DNA from: Salpingoeca rosetta
Taxonomy: Eukaryota; Protista; Choanoflagellata
DNA length: 64,000 nt
Direction of reading: 5' to 3'
NCBI GenBank assembly: GCA_033442325.1
Contig: JAWQFM010000026.1
Span: 852,926-916,925 of the forward strand
Shown: piece by piece, positions 14,924-36,754 of the stretch
Position numbering within the stretch: the first letter of the stretch is position 1
Layout of the letters: every line of letters starts with the position of its first letter
Made by a program: the position numbers and the translations under genes
The notes under the pieces: model-generated
What the model saw: only the letters and a program-made list of their open reading frames with translations
What the model was told of the DNA's origin: nothing
Database searches by the model: none

Positions 14924-16846
14924 GCTGTGCTTGACGGCAGCCCGTACGGGTTTGCGACGTCGCTGCTTCCAATTTCCCCGATTGAGGCGGAGCCGACACC
15001 GCTGGCGCCCGGACCCGTCTTCCTCCTCCTGTCCTTTGACGACGACGAGGAGAAGCCAAAGATTGCCGCTTACTCCCTCGTCAACACGACGTACCGCGCA
15101 GGGCAGGTCCGGCCCATCTTGTGTGCATGGTTGTTTGTGCACGGCCGTGTAGATGTTCACGCGTGTGTTGCGTGTATGGAAACCGTACGCGCGCTGCCTG
15201 TGTATGTGTATGTGTGTGTGTGTGTCTGCTTCGACACCCTGAGGTCACACAATTCACTCTCCCACTTCCCCTCATACCTCCGCCCTCCCCCCCCCCTCCT
15301 CCTCATCCTCCAAATCACGCTTCAGGCTGTGCCGGAGTTTCGGGCGCTGCAGACGCCCATGAACCAGTGCATCCCATTCCCGAGCAGCAAGCACGCGCCG
15401 GCAAAGCCATCGACACCTGCAACACAGGCACAACCATCTACACCTGCAACACAGACAGCCAAAAGTTCCACCACCAGCACAACCAGCAGCACCGCCGCCC
15501 CTGCCACGACGGCAGCATCCACGTCATCTCCGTTTGGCAAGAGCACGGGTGCAACGTCGTTGTTTGGCGGCGACCAGAGCAAAGGCGGCGCGTCCCCATT
15601 CAGCTTTGGCGGTGGCGGTGCTGATAAGAAGGGCAGTGCATCGCCTTTTGGGGCGGCGGCAGCCAAGCCATCGACTACCGCGGCGGCACCAACGACGACG
15701 ACGACGACGACGACGCCAACCAAGGCAACAGGTGCACTGGGCAGTGGCACGTCGCTGTTTGGCGGTGGTGACAAGAAGGACGCAAAGCCAGCGGCCGCCA
15801 CCAGCCTCTTTGGCGGCGACAAGACAAAGACGCCAGCTGCTGCAACCGGTGGGTTCGCGTCTGGCTCGCCGTTTGGCGGCAAGAAGGATGTGGCAACGGC
15901 AGCGGGCACGAAACCATTCTCCGCCCCAACATCAACACCAACAGCAACAACAACAACACTTGCAACACCATCGTCATCATCGTCCACGGCGAGCCCTTTC
16001 AGTGGCGGCAGCAAGCTGTCGTTTGGCAAACCATCCGCCCCGCAGTCAGCCGCAACAACAGGCGCGCCAGGTGGGTCCGTGTTTGGTGGCGACAAGGGTA
16101 AGGGCTCGCCGTTTTCGTTCGGCAGCAAGGAGGGTGCAGCCACCCCTGCCAAGGACACGAGCAAACCCCCCGCCACATCTTCACCAGCAGCAACGACAGC
16201 AGCAACGCCAACGCCCACGGGCGGCACAGCTGCCACCGGCATCAGCGAGAAGCCAAGCACCACGGCCCAAGGTGCTGGCAGCAAGGCGACTGACAGCGCA
16301 GCAGCGAAGACGTCGGCATTTGGTGCCGCCACAGGTGCACCCTCCACCCCCAAGCAGACGCCTTCCACGCCGCAGCAACCACCATCGTCCACCCCACAGC
16401 AGCCGAAACAGAAGCAGCAGCAGCAGCAGCAGCAGAAGCCACCATCCGGCTCACCCCCTGCTCCGTCAACCGATGCGCTTGTGGCGGCTGCGCTCAAGGA
16501 GATTGCGGATATGACGGCCGTGTTGGAGCAGTCGCGTGCAGACCCGGCGGACAGCATCCGCACTCGGCCGAGCGTCGCCGCTGCTGCCAACACGCGCGCT
16601 GTTGATGATCTCTACGAGCAGCTGTCTCGACGTGTGCACGACACGAAGCGCGCCAGGGCTGACGCGGGGCGGAGCTGTGCAGCCGCCAAACGCATTGCGG
16701 ATGTGTGCCAGACGACGCAGTACAACAACAGGAGCTACGTGCGCCGCACACGCAACCGCCCCCTCACTTTTGCACAGGCCCGCGAGATGAAGGTGGGATG
16801 CACGTGGTTCCCAGTCAGTCGTGTTTGTGTGTCTGTGTCTGTGGGC

Positions 16847-16882
<36 letters not shown>

Positions 16883-17176
16883 CTGTCTTTCTGTCTTTCT
16901 GTGTACGCATGTTTCTACTTGCTTGTACGCGTGCGTGCATCATCAGGATGACCACCTCACCAATCTCCTTCACCCTCCATTTCGTCTCAGGAACTGGAAC
17001 GCCTGGAGCGTGACGTGCGTCTCTCCATTGACACGGCCCGCGCTGCCCTCGCCCCAGCAACACAGCAGCAGCAGCAGCAGCAGCGCCCAGCGCACTTTCT
17101 CGAGTCTGCTGCCGTAGTCATGCGCAACATCGACGCGTCGTACAGGGACCTGGTGCGGGCAGTTCTGTGTGCGTGT

Positions 17177-17208
<32 letters not shown>

Positions 17209-20200
17209 CTGTCTGTCTGTCTGTGTCTGTCTGTCTGTGTCCATCTGTCTGTGTTACCTTGTGCGTATGTCTCAGCACTGTACAGCACTGTTCAGCATTG
17301 TTCAGCATTGTTCAGCACTGTTTATCACCTGTTCATCGCTCCACTGGGTTGTCCTACTTATTGTCATCCCTTTGCACGAGCCTTTGACACCGCAGCCCCT
17401 CCTCACGCGCGCTCACCCAACCACCGCCACCGCCACGACTGCCTGTTTGCGTTGGGTGCAGTACCTCAAGTACAACAAGCTGTTCACCACGATGGGCCCC
17501 GATGGTCCACCGCCCCCTCCCAGCGGCGGCGCTGTTGCCGCCCGCTCCCCTCGCAAGCGCGACCACCCCCGCCGCGGCGGCTACCGCGCTGGTGCTGGCC
17601 TCAACACCTCCAGGGACAGGGATGCCCTCATCAGCGTGCTGCGCGGCATGAAGGATCTCAACGTGTCTGTTGCCGCAGCGGCAGACGACTCCCTCATCCA
17701 GTTTGATGACGAGTCCGTGCTTGCAGGCATTTCGGCCATTGGCTCACGCCCAACGACAGCGGAGGACGGGACCCGCCGTCCAGCAGAGCACATTATGGTG
17801 TCCACCCCTCGTGCTTCTGCAGGTGCATCCACGGGTGCAAAGACGCCAACGGCGGCGGCAACAACTGCATCAAGTGGCGGTGGTGCTGTGAGGCCCTCGC
17901 AAGCACAGGCAACAGCAGCAAAGTCCATGACGGCAGCTGCTACAACAACAACAGCAGCAGCCACGCCAACAAGCACCGGGTTTGGATTTGGTGCCAAGAG
18001 CGAACAGCAGAAACCACCAACAGCAGCTGCAGCAACGGCCACCTCCGCCACTGCCGCCACTGGCTCCAAGACGGCAGCGGCAGCCGCAATGCCGCAAGGA
18101 AGCAAGTTCTCGTTTGCAGCCAAGACAACAGCCAAGCCATCAGGCACTCTTTCGTCCGCTGGTGCGTTTGGGGCACTGAAGGATGGCACTGCAAGCACGA
18201 CCAAGAGTGGTGCCACCACGCCGTTCTCGTTTGCAAGCAAGTCCACGCCTCCAACCACTGCTGGTACAGCCACAACAGCAGCAGCAGGAAAGCATCAGCC
18301 GAGTGGTGATGGCGGTGCACAAAGCAAAACTTCGTTTGGCATGGGCAGCAAGGGCTTTGGCACAACAGCCAAGCCAGCCACACCACAGCAGCAGAACAAG
18401 GGTGATGGGGAGAAGAAGTCGGGGTTTGGGTTTGGTGCGACCACAAGTAGTGGCGGCGGCGGTGGCGGCGGTGTGACAACGAAGGGGCCCCTCACGTTTA
18501 GTGGGGAGAGCTTTGGCAAGAAGGCGGATGAGAAGAAGAAAGACAGGGAAGAGAAGCAGACGAGCAAGTTTGGTGGCGAAGAGGAGAAACGTCAGGAAGG
18601 TCAGGGTACTGCCGCCAAGAATGAGGAGGAGGAGGATGAGGCACAGCCGCCCGCCACCAGCACGGGAACTGCTGAGAAGACGGCAGCACCTGAGGAGAAG
18701 GCGAAGGAGTCGACACCTGCAACAGCAACACCAGCGGCCGCAGCCAAGCCATCTTCGTCGCTCTTTGGCGGCTCTTCTTCTTCGTCTTCTTCTTCGAAAT
18801 CGCTCAGCTTGTCTGGCCTCAGCTTTGGTTCAGGTGTGTGTAGATGTGAGAGAGTGTGTGTAGTGTGTGTGTATATGTGTGCGTGTTTGGTCTGCACCTT
18901 GCGTTGCGCGCTGTGTACCCGTTCTTTCAGCTTGCTTCTTGTATTATGTGTCTCACTCGTACACACACACACGCGCGCGCGCATTTCTTGCATCAGGCGC
19001 CAAGGATGGCGAGAAGGGGAACGCGGGGACGCCGTCGCTGTTTGGAAGCAAGCCTGCAGGCACGAGCAAGGAGGAAGATGCCAAGAACAAGGAGGAAGAG
19101 CAGAAAGAAAAGGACGTGGACAGCAAGTCTGCCACGCCCTCGCTGTTTGGACAGCAGAAGAAGACTGGTGCAGGCTCGCCCTTTGCACCAAAGCCTGCGG
19201 CAACGAAGGAGGAGGACAAGAGCAGCACTGCCGCTGCTGGTCAGCAGCAAGACAAGCAGCAGGCGGCGCCGTCGCTCTTTGGCCAGAAGCCAACGGGTTC
19301 CCTGTTTGGCCAGAAGCCGTCCACCACCACCACCAGCCCACAGCAACAGCAACAGCAACAGCAGCAACAAGGACAAGGGCAAGCGCAGAAGGCACCAGGG
19401 TCACTGTTTGGCCAAAAGCCAGGCGGCGGTGGTGCTGGTGGCTCGCTGTTTGGGCAGAAGCCCAGTGGTGCTGGTGGCTCGCTGTTTGGGCAAAAGGCAA
19501 CCACACCCAGCGGCAAGGATGCGACTGGTGCAACCCAGCAGCAACAGCAAACGGGTGGAGCAGGGTCACTGTTTGGCCAGCAGAAGCCAACGGGGAGTCT
19601 GTTTGGGCAGGGAGGCGGTCAGAAGCAAGGCGGTGGCTCCCTCTTTGGTGGACAGCAGAAGCAGACCAGTGGTGGATCTCTGTTTGGGCAGAAGCCTGCA
19701 GGAAGCCCACAGCAGCAACAGCAGCAACAGCAACAAGGACAAGGACAGAAGGCACCTGGGTCGCTCTTTGGCGGAGGCCAGCAGAAGCAGGGTGGTGGTG
19801 GCGGCTCTCTCTTTGGGCAGAAAGCCCAGAGCAGCCCCCAACAACAGCAGCAGCAGCAGCAAGGGGGTGGTGGCGGCTCTCTCTTTGGGCAGCAGAAGCC
19901 CACTGGCAGTCTGTTTGGTAAGCAACCGGCTGGTACGCCACCACAGCAGCAACAGCAGCAACAGCAAGGACAGGGGCAGAAGGCGCCAGGATCGCTGTTT
20001 GGTGGAGGGCAGCAGCAGCAGGGTGGGGGCGGAGGTGGTTTGTTTGGACAGAAGGCAGCAGGGTCTCTGTTCGGTGGTGGGCAACAACTGCAGCAGCAGC
20101 AAAGTGGCGGCTCGCTGTTTGGGCAGAAGCCTGCAGGAAGTCCGCAGCAGCAGCAGCAGCAGACAACACCTGGATCTCTGTTTGGAGGTCAACAGCAGCA

Positions 20201-20801
20201 ACAGAAGCAACCGGGGTCGTTGTTTGCACAGAGTGGCAGTGGTGGTGGTGGTGGTGGTGGTTCTCTCTTTAAGAGCGGTGGTGGCGGCGGTAACACGTCT
20301 CTCTTCGGCGGCCAGCCCCAATCCCAAGGCAACCAGGTGTGTGTGTGGGGGGGATGGGGTGCGTGTGTGTGTGTGTTTGTTTGTTTGTTTGTTTGTTTGT
20401 TTGTTTGTTTGTTTGTTTGTTTGTTTGTTTGTTTGTTTGTTTGTTTGTTTGTTTGTTTGTTTGTTGTGTGGGTGTGGGTGTGGGTGTTTTGGTATCGGCT
20501 GCATTGATAGCATGTCGTGCTCACACCTGCTGGTGTGTTTGATAGTGGGGTGCCCAGTTTGGACAGGCCGCAAAACCACCAGCTATGGCCCAACCAAAAC
20601 AAGGGTGCGTGTTGCCCGCTGTTGTTCTTGTTGTTGCTGTTGCTGTTCCTGCTGCTGTTTGATGCCTGTCCTTGTTGCTCACTTCTCCACTCATATCATC
20701 CCTTGCCCTGCATTTGTGTGGGTAAATATGTTCAGATTTGCAACACCGCCGGCATCTGGTGGATTCTCGTCGTTCTCCGCCCAGAGCGCATCGGTATTGG
20801 G

Positions 20802-20892
<91 letters not shown>

Positions 20893-21159
20893 TCAAGCAA
20901 GTTTTACACTCCCATACCCACAACACACCCACACACCCCAACTCACTCCCTCGCCCACGCACACATGCACACCTGCTTTGCACGGTGTGCTCGTTCACCT
21001 TTCCTTTGTCTCATCGCGCTCCCGACTATCACTGTCACTGTGCGTGTTGTGTTTGCTGCGCAGTTCCAGAGCCCCGGCAGCGGCGGTGCACAGCAAGGCT
21101 TTGGCGGCTTCTCCAACACGGTATGCATGTGGTGTGCTGATGCTGATGCTGTCGTGTGT

Positions 21160-21205
<46 letters not shown>

Positions 21206-21406
21206 TCGTATGTGTGTGTGTGTGTGCGTGTGTGTGTGTGTGCACTCCAACACCATTGCTACGCATTTGCTCAATGAATTTTTTCCTCGTGTGTCCGTGA
21301 ATTGCAGGCTGGTGGTGGTGGCGGGTTTGGCGGGCAGCAGGCGATGCAAGGCTCGCCGTCTTCCTTCCAGTCCAAATCAAGCCTGTTTGGTGCCGCCCGC
21401 AAGTAG
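14924..21406 (+). CDS. NUP214: FG-repeat nucleoporin, Nup214/Nup159-like; 5' end missing
   Basis: Exons 14924-15106, 15326-16792, 16991-17152, 17462-18833, 18997-20336, 20558-20604, 20736-20793, 21064-21120 and 21308-21406. Many SLFG/PFG/FSFG repeats flank a helical segment, and the protein ends SLFGAARK*. The first exon resembles the end of the Nup214 beta-propeller. Nup214 orthology is inferred. Confidence 0.75.
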
Positions 21407-21723
21407 ACCAAGCCTGAACCCACCATATGCTCCTATGTGTGTGTGTTGTGATTGTGTCTGTGTGTGGGGATGTATGTGTCTGTGTGGGTGTGGGTGTGTG
21501 TGACATGCAGAATACACAGTGGGAGATGATCATCGCCAACACAGCAGGCGGTGTTTCCTCATCACGACAGCATGAAAATTTTGCCCTCTGCCGCTGCTCG
21601 TATGTATACCCAAAGCGCGCGCATACACACGACAAGACACATTACACAGCGAAGGAAGCAAACGCAGAAGCAGGCAACAACGCACCACATCACGTCACCA
21701 CCACCACGCCACTGAACGTCAGT

Positions 21724-23710
<1,987 letters not shown>

Positions 23711-24195
23711 GCAGCAACGCAGACATGGAGTGTGCGCATGAACAAAGCCAAGCGGGTGCTCAAAGCCCTCATCATGTCAAACAAGGCAGACTTCTCTCTT
23801 CCCTTCTTCCTTCCTCCCTTGCTTGCTTGCTGCACATACCTGTCCTTTGTAAACGAAGCCAAACCGAAGGAAGCAAGTGACTAAGTGACCAAGCGGCCGA
23901 GCAAAGCTGCAACCAAGCACACACACACACAGACACACACACACACACACACACAGACACACACACACACACACATACACACACACACACAAGTGCACAT
24001 AGCATCTGGGCTGTACTCTGTGGCTTGTGTTGTGGTGTTGTGTTTGTGCATCGAATCATCTGGCCAGTGGTGGTGATGACTCATCATCGAGATTGACAAA
24101 AGGATGCGTGGACGAAGATGAACGCGCACGCTCCATTTACAACAACACAACCACAACACCACACAACCACCACCACACGTCAACCACAGGTCACC

Positions 24196-25176
24196 ATGTC
24201 GCAGCAGCCGTCGGAAGAGATGTGCGCCAAGGCGCCCGGGACGTTCTTTGAGTGCAGCTATGGCCGCTCGCACTACCGCTTGCTCGGAAAGCCGCAAGGA
24301 AAGCCGCTTGTCGTGTGCCTGCATGGCATCAGCGCGGAGGGTGCCGCGTACCTGAAGCTGGCGGAGGAGCTGGTCCCGCTCGGCTACCAGTGCCTCCTGC
24401 CTGACCTGTACGGCCGTGGGTTCACGGACGCACCGGCGAAGCACGTGTACAACGACGTGCACCTGTTTACGTCGCAGGTGGCGGAGCTGCTGCTCGCCGT
24501 GGCGGAAGAGACGGACTACCAGAGCGCGAAGGGCATCTACCTCATCGGCAGCTCCATGGGCGGCGCCATCGCCGCCAAGTTTGCGCACATGCACCCTCGC
24601 CTGGTGAAGAAGCTCGTGCTCGTGTGCCCGGCGGGCCTGCCCAACGACATGCCGTTCCTGGCGTCCCTGGTCAAGGTGCCCGGGCTCGGGGAGGCGCTGC
24701 TGTCCATGGCGTCGAAGAAGACCATCGCCGATGGCGCTGCGCGGTCGTACGCGGACCCGACGCGCGAGGGCGCAAAGGAGCATCTGGAGAACACGCTCAA
24801 GCGCGGCGCAGAGCTGGCGAAGCACCACCCGGCACACGGCAAGGCGCTCATCAACACCGTGCGCAACTTCAAGTTTGGCGGGCTGACGGCGTCCTTTGAG
24901 GAGCTTGGCCGTCGCCAGGAGCTGCCCATCCTGCTCGTCTGGGGCAACAAGGACATTGTCGTGCCGTTCCACAACCACGAGACCATCCTGAAGCTGATCC
25001 CGCACGCCCAGTTTATTGAGCTGGACAACGGCGGGCACGTGGACATGTTTGCAGTGCCGCATCTGCGGCAGATGTTCCACGAGGGTGTGGTTGCCCACTT
25101 TGCTGGCGAGCCCATCCCGCACACCAAAGGCGACGCCGAAGCCGAGACCGAGACGGCGGAGCCCAGCGAGGAGTAG
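24196..25176 (+). CDS. Alpha/beta-fold hydrolase (serine hydrolase), single exon
   Basis: Continuous 326-codon ORF with VVCLHG, PDLYGRGFTD, nucleophile elbow GSSMGG, WGNKD (acid) and GGH (His). Confidence 0.92.
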   Translation: MSQQPSEEMCAKAPGTFFECSYGRSHYRLLGKPQGKPLVVCLHGISAEGAAYLKLAEELVPLGYQCLLPDLYGRGFTDAPAKHVYNDVHLFTSQVAELLLAVAEETDYQSAKGIYLIGSSMGGAIAAKFAHMHPRLVKKLVLVCPAGLPNDMPFLASLVKVPGLGEALLSMASKKTIADGAARSYADPTREGAKEHLENTLKRGAELAKHHPAHGKALINTVRNFKFGGLTASFEELGRRQELPILLVWGNKDIVVPFHNHETILKLIPHAQFIELDNGGHVDMFAVPHLRQMFHEGVVAHFAGEPIPHTKGDAEAETETAEPSEE

Positions 25177-25819
25177 GGCTGGCCGTGGTCGTGTGTGTGT
25201 GTGCGTATGTGTGCGTATGTGTGTGTAACGTTGAGTGTGGCTGTTTGTGTTGAATGTGGCTGTTTGCGTTTGCTGTTGTAGGCGTGTGCGTGTTGAGTAT
25301 TGTGCTGCTTGTTGTCTGTTTGTTTGTGTTGAGTGTTTGCTTGTTTGTTGTGCTGGGTGTGAAGATACGTGTGGACTTGTTGTGTAGGTGTTTAGGCGTA
25401 TGTGTGCGTTGTCGCACTCTCTCTCTCTCTCTCTCTGTGCGGCAATGCGGTGTGTTACATCACATGTTACATGGAGCCCTCGCAAATAAAGGACAGAACA
25501 CCCCCATGCACGACCAGTGTTCAGCGTGCAAGTGAAGCGAGGCAATGTATTCGACACACACGCGGCATGCGGACCAGCACATGCACATGAACGTAAGGAT
25601 GTGAATAGGGGGGGGGGTAAGAACATGATACCACACGGAAGAACAGCGATGGTCTTGCACCAGCAAGATGTGTCTTGAAATGATATAACCGTGTACGAAC
25701 CAACACCACACTCCATCATTGACCATGTGTGTCCTCCTCTTCACCATCATCATCACCATCACTGCTATCATCGACCATGCGTTTCCTCCTCTTCACCATC
25801 ATCATCACCATCACTGCCA

Positions 25820-32383
<6,564 letters not shown>

Positions 32384-32542
32384 CTTTTCGGTTTACGAAA
32401 ATTGCTCATGTCACAACGACTTTTCTGCTGGACAACAACCACACGCTCTCCCGTGCATTTTTATTTTTTTTCGACACAACGCGCGCTTTCTCCACGACCA
32501 CGCAAGACCACCAGAAGACCAACACTGCCTCCTCCACAAGCC
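32384..32542. promoter_or_regulatory. Probable bidirectional promoter between the JmjC gene and the LRR kinase
   Basis: 159 bp between the divergent ATGs at 32383 (-) and 32543 (+). Confidence 0.5.
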
Positions 32543-32883
32543 ATGAGAGGGGCGACGACCACGGCTGTGGTGATGCTGCTGGTGATGCTGCTGGTGGTTG
32601 TTTCCATCGTGGCAGCCACGCCTGCAAGCATTTCTAGCATCTCAGCCGCAACTCGCACTGAACCACCCACGCAAGAAGGACAAGACAACCAGGTGGCTAG
32701 GTGGCTGTCTGCTCCCGATCTGTATCTGTCCTTCCGTGTTGTGTCCTGTTGTGACTGGAGGGTGTTTTGTGAAGCTGTAAAGTGGTGCATGTGTCTGTGT
32801 GTACTTCTGTCTGGTCAAGCGCACACATGCGCCTCCTCTCACACAATCGTCTCCCGGCTTCTCATGGTGTGCCTGCATGCACC

Positions 32884-32951
<68 letters not shown>

Positions 32952-35900
32952 CAACGCCTGCTTACTTTCTTTCTTTCTTAGTTGTGCTTGGAGGTACACG
33001 GGACACTGGACAGCATGGTGCGCATCCTGAAGGCGTACAGCGTGCCATTCTTCTCTGGACACAGTGATCGCAGTGGCAGCAACAATGACGCAACAACTGC
33101 AAATGCAACCAAGGAAGACACGCCACTCACGCCACTCAGTGTTGACCTATCCCCGATTCACCGCATGATGGCTGCACTTGGGTGCGACGATCGCAATGAG
33201 GACAGCAGCAAAGACGAACAACTTCAAGAAGAGCACGGGACACCATCCGCTCCACTGTTCACAACTTCCACTCCGCACGTGGAAGAGAGAGTGAATGCCA
33301 TCCGCAACGCAACGACCAAGCTTCCCCGACTGTTGTGATGTGACTGGTCTGTGTGTGTGTAAGAGTGTTTGACTGGGACTTAGAGTAGGGTCTTGCTGTA
33401 TACTGTGCGGGAGACGTAGTCGCAAGTAAAGAAGACAGGGTAATAGGATGGGGCGATGAGATAAGTGGAGTGATAAGATAAGTGACAACAATCAAGCAAG
33501 GAAAGTAGAGACAGGCACAAGGTCAAGAGAGACGAGCAAGGGGGTCGGATCTTGGGTGTTGGTGTCCTTGGTGAGGAGTGGTAGTTCCGTTCTGTTGTGT
33601 GGTTCGGAATCTGTGTTGGTCCTGAACTCTGGGAGGACTATGCCTTGATACCCTTAAGTTCGGCCTTGACACTCCTTCACGACACTTAAGTTCAGGATTT
33701 GTATTGTAGTGCTGTCTCACTACACCGACAGCTACAGTGGCAGCACAGGCGAGTGCGAAGGAATGACAATGGTATTGGGCAATGCACGCTGGCAGGCGTG
33801 ATTGATGGATCATGCTTTGGTGCAGACAACAAAAGAAGGCTCACCATCACTGTTTTTGAGGACGACCATGTGGATGACAGCACCAGTGCAAGAAACCTCA
33901 GAATCATTTCTCGCGACGTGCGTCAGCTGACAGTGACCGGACACGTTCAAGAAGCGACGCTGAAATGGATTATCAACAATGGAAGATGGGTTGCGTGCAC
34001 TCACGTCATAGTTGAAGGCGTCCAGTTTCCAACATTCCAGTTAAGCATGCTCGACGAGCTCAGACTAGGTCTCAACACGATCATCATCCGCAACAGCGAG
34101 GTGCTGCGTGAAGTGAACGCAAGCGGCTTTGAGAACGCGCAAAGAATCACGGCATTCCACGTCACCAATTCGTCTTTGAGCGCTGTGCCAGATGTTTCAT
34201 CTATGAAGGCGCTGGAGACTCTCAACGTGATCCAAAACCGTGTTCGCCAGGTGCGCAAGGGCGTTTTCATGGGGCTGACGGCACTTCAGCGGCTGTTTCT
34301 CCACAACAACGCCATCTCTCACATGGAGCCGGGGGCATTTGATGACCTGACTGCTCTGGACAAGCTGATCCTTGCTTTTAACGACATCAGCATCATCCCT
34401 TCCGGCTTGTTTCATCAACTCGCAAGTCTCACATTGTTGCAGCTGCAAGTAAATCCAATCACGAAGCTTGACGCCGACGCATTCACTGGGCTAACCATGC
34501 TGGATCGCCTTGCGCTGGAGAACGCCCTCCTCACAAGCTTGCCGCCGACACTATTCCGAAGCACAACCCGTCTCACCGCGCTTGGACTGGCCCACAACCG
34601 CCTCACGTCTCTGCCCGAGACCATCTTTTCTGGTCTGTCGTCGTTGGATCTCCTGCAACTCTTCACCAACCGAATCACGTCCTTGCCAGGGGCCGTGTTC
34701 AACGACTTAGCAGCATTGACAGAATTGTACATTCGGGACAACGCCTTGACGGCATTGCCCGACAATCTCCTTGCGTTCAACACGCGACTCATCAAGTTCT
34801 ATTGCAACAACAATGTCCTCACGACCGTCCCAACAAGCCTCCTCGCGAACAACCACGAGCTGAAAGAAGTGTCCTTCGCCAACAACGCTCTTCGATCAAT
34901 CAACAGTGTCCTGACAATGGCATCCTCGTCGTCTCTGCAACTCCTTGACCTCAGCAACAATCCGATCCAGGAGCTGCCCAACGCCACTCTCACCCCTGCA
35001 CTTGAAACCCTCCGTCTGCAGAACCACGAGATCAGACGCATGGATCTCACTCTACTACTGCAGACACACAACCTCAGTGTTCTCGAGCTTGGGGCAGCGG
35101 CGCAAGTGCAGTCTGTGGCAGTGTCGAGCAACATCAACAGTACCAGCATTGCGCCATTGACGACACTTCGCCTTGAAAATGTGGATATCGGCGCAGTGAT
35201 TCACTCCCTCGAGCGGCTTCCAAACCTGAACCTCGATACGCTGCACATTGGCTGGCCAGGTGCCAGCGAACTGACGCTCGCAATCACCGAGTTGTGCAGA
35301 CTGTTCGCAAGCAGCGTGCGAGAGCTTCGCATCGCCAACGCAGAATACCAAGTCATCCACCTATGCCCCAACAAGACGTTCGAAACGGTTCTCCTCAACG
35401 ACAACAGGCATCTTCGGTCTGTCATCGTCGAATCCCCTTTGCAGGAGCTGAATGTGTCGGGTTGCACCCAGCTCACCTCCATTGACGCGCCTCCAATTGA
35501 AATTCTCGACATCAGTCACACTCAAGTTCCACCCAAGCATCCGTTGTGCACGCAGTGGGGACGGCGTTTTCTCTTTGCGCGGAACATGGGTGGGGTCGCT
35601 GGCACACAAGAAGCCACGATGATGGTCAAAAACTGTTTGGAGCAAGTGGATGTGCTGGATCTTTCAGGAAACGTGTGGCTCAACAGCCCACAAGAGATCA
35701 ACCCTGTTGTGGAGAGAACGGTTGTCTTGGCAGATGAGGAGTTCACTTTTCCCGACTTTGTCACCCTCCCAAACCGGCCTCTTCCGCCGATTTTTCAACT
35801 GACTGGTGCGCCAATTGTTTGCGTGCTGCAGTTCTCCAGCCAGGACCTCCGCCCCCGCAGCGATCCATCCTTGCTGACGACAGAGGTTATGTTCTCCTTC

Positions 35901-36722
35901 TCCTGTGACTGCGCACAAGGCCATGAGAGGAGCGGTGGTGTGTGCCGGGGGGTTTCGCTCGATGTGACCGTTGTGGCTGCAGGCTCTGTGCTGGGCGGCT
36001 TGTTCATCCTCGTCCCTGTTGTCCTGTGGCTCTACCGCCGCTACTGGCGCTCCCACAAGAGCGCAAGCCTTCATCAGCAGCTGCTTGTGGAACGGGATGA
36101 GGAAGTAATGGCGCTGAAGAAAGCATGGGAGATTGAGTTCGATGAGCTGAGGATGACCAAGCGTGTTGCTGCGGGTGCGTTTGGTACGGTGTACAAGGCA
36201 GAATGGGACACGGTGACGGTGGCAGTGAAAGTGCTGCAGCAAGCGGTCATGGCATTTGACGAGAGCACGGTGCTGGAATTTGAGAAGGAGGTGGAGTTCT
36301 TGCAGCGGACAAGGCATCCGCACGTGGTGCGGTTCTTTGGCGCTGGTACTGGTCCAAACGGCAGCCCGTTCCTGGTGCTGGAGTTTGTGGCGATGGGATC
36401 ACTGAAAGACCTGTTGGGCAAGAACATGGGGCAGGTGTTGGCGGAGGTGAGAGAAGACAGTGAGGGCGGGAGTGACACGGATCCGGAGGTGATGATAGCT
36501 GACGTGGGCGATGAGCTGACATTGGTCAACACGCCTGCTAACGGCGGCAAGGCGGCAAGCAGCGAGCTCACGGTTTGGGGCTTGAAGCTGCGGCTGCTCC
36601 GCGACGTTGCAAGTGGCATGGCTTTTATCCACAGCCTCGACCAGATGCACCGGTGTGTGGGGTCGTATGTATTTCTATTTATTTGTGAGTGAGTGTGTGT
36701 GTGTGAGTGTGTGAGTGAGTGA

Positions 36723-36754
<32 letters not shown>

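Noticed and set aside
32982-33338. 118-aa ORF as an independent small protein
   Set aside because: Its stop codon comes from the LTR; it is the 5' part of kinase exon 2.
33699-36692. 997-aa ORF as a complete stand-alone gene or as a tyrosine kinase
   Set aside because: The start is a TTG inside the LTR, the signal peptide lies upstream at 32543, the kinase continues in later exons, and the catalytic loop is HRDLKSGN.
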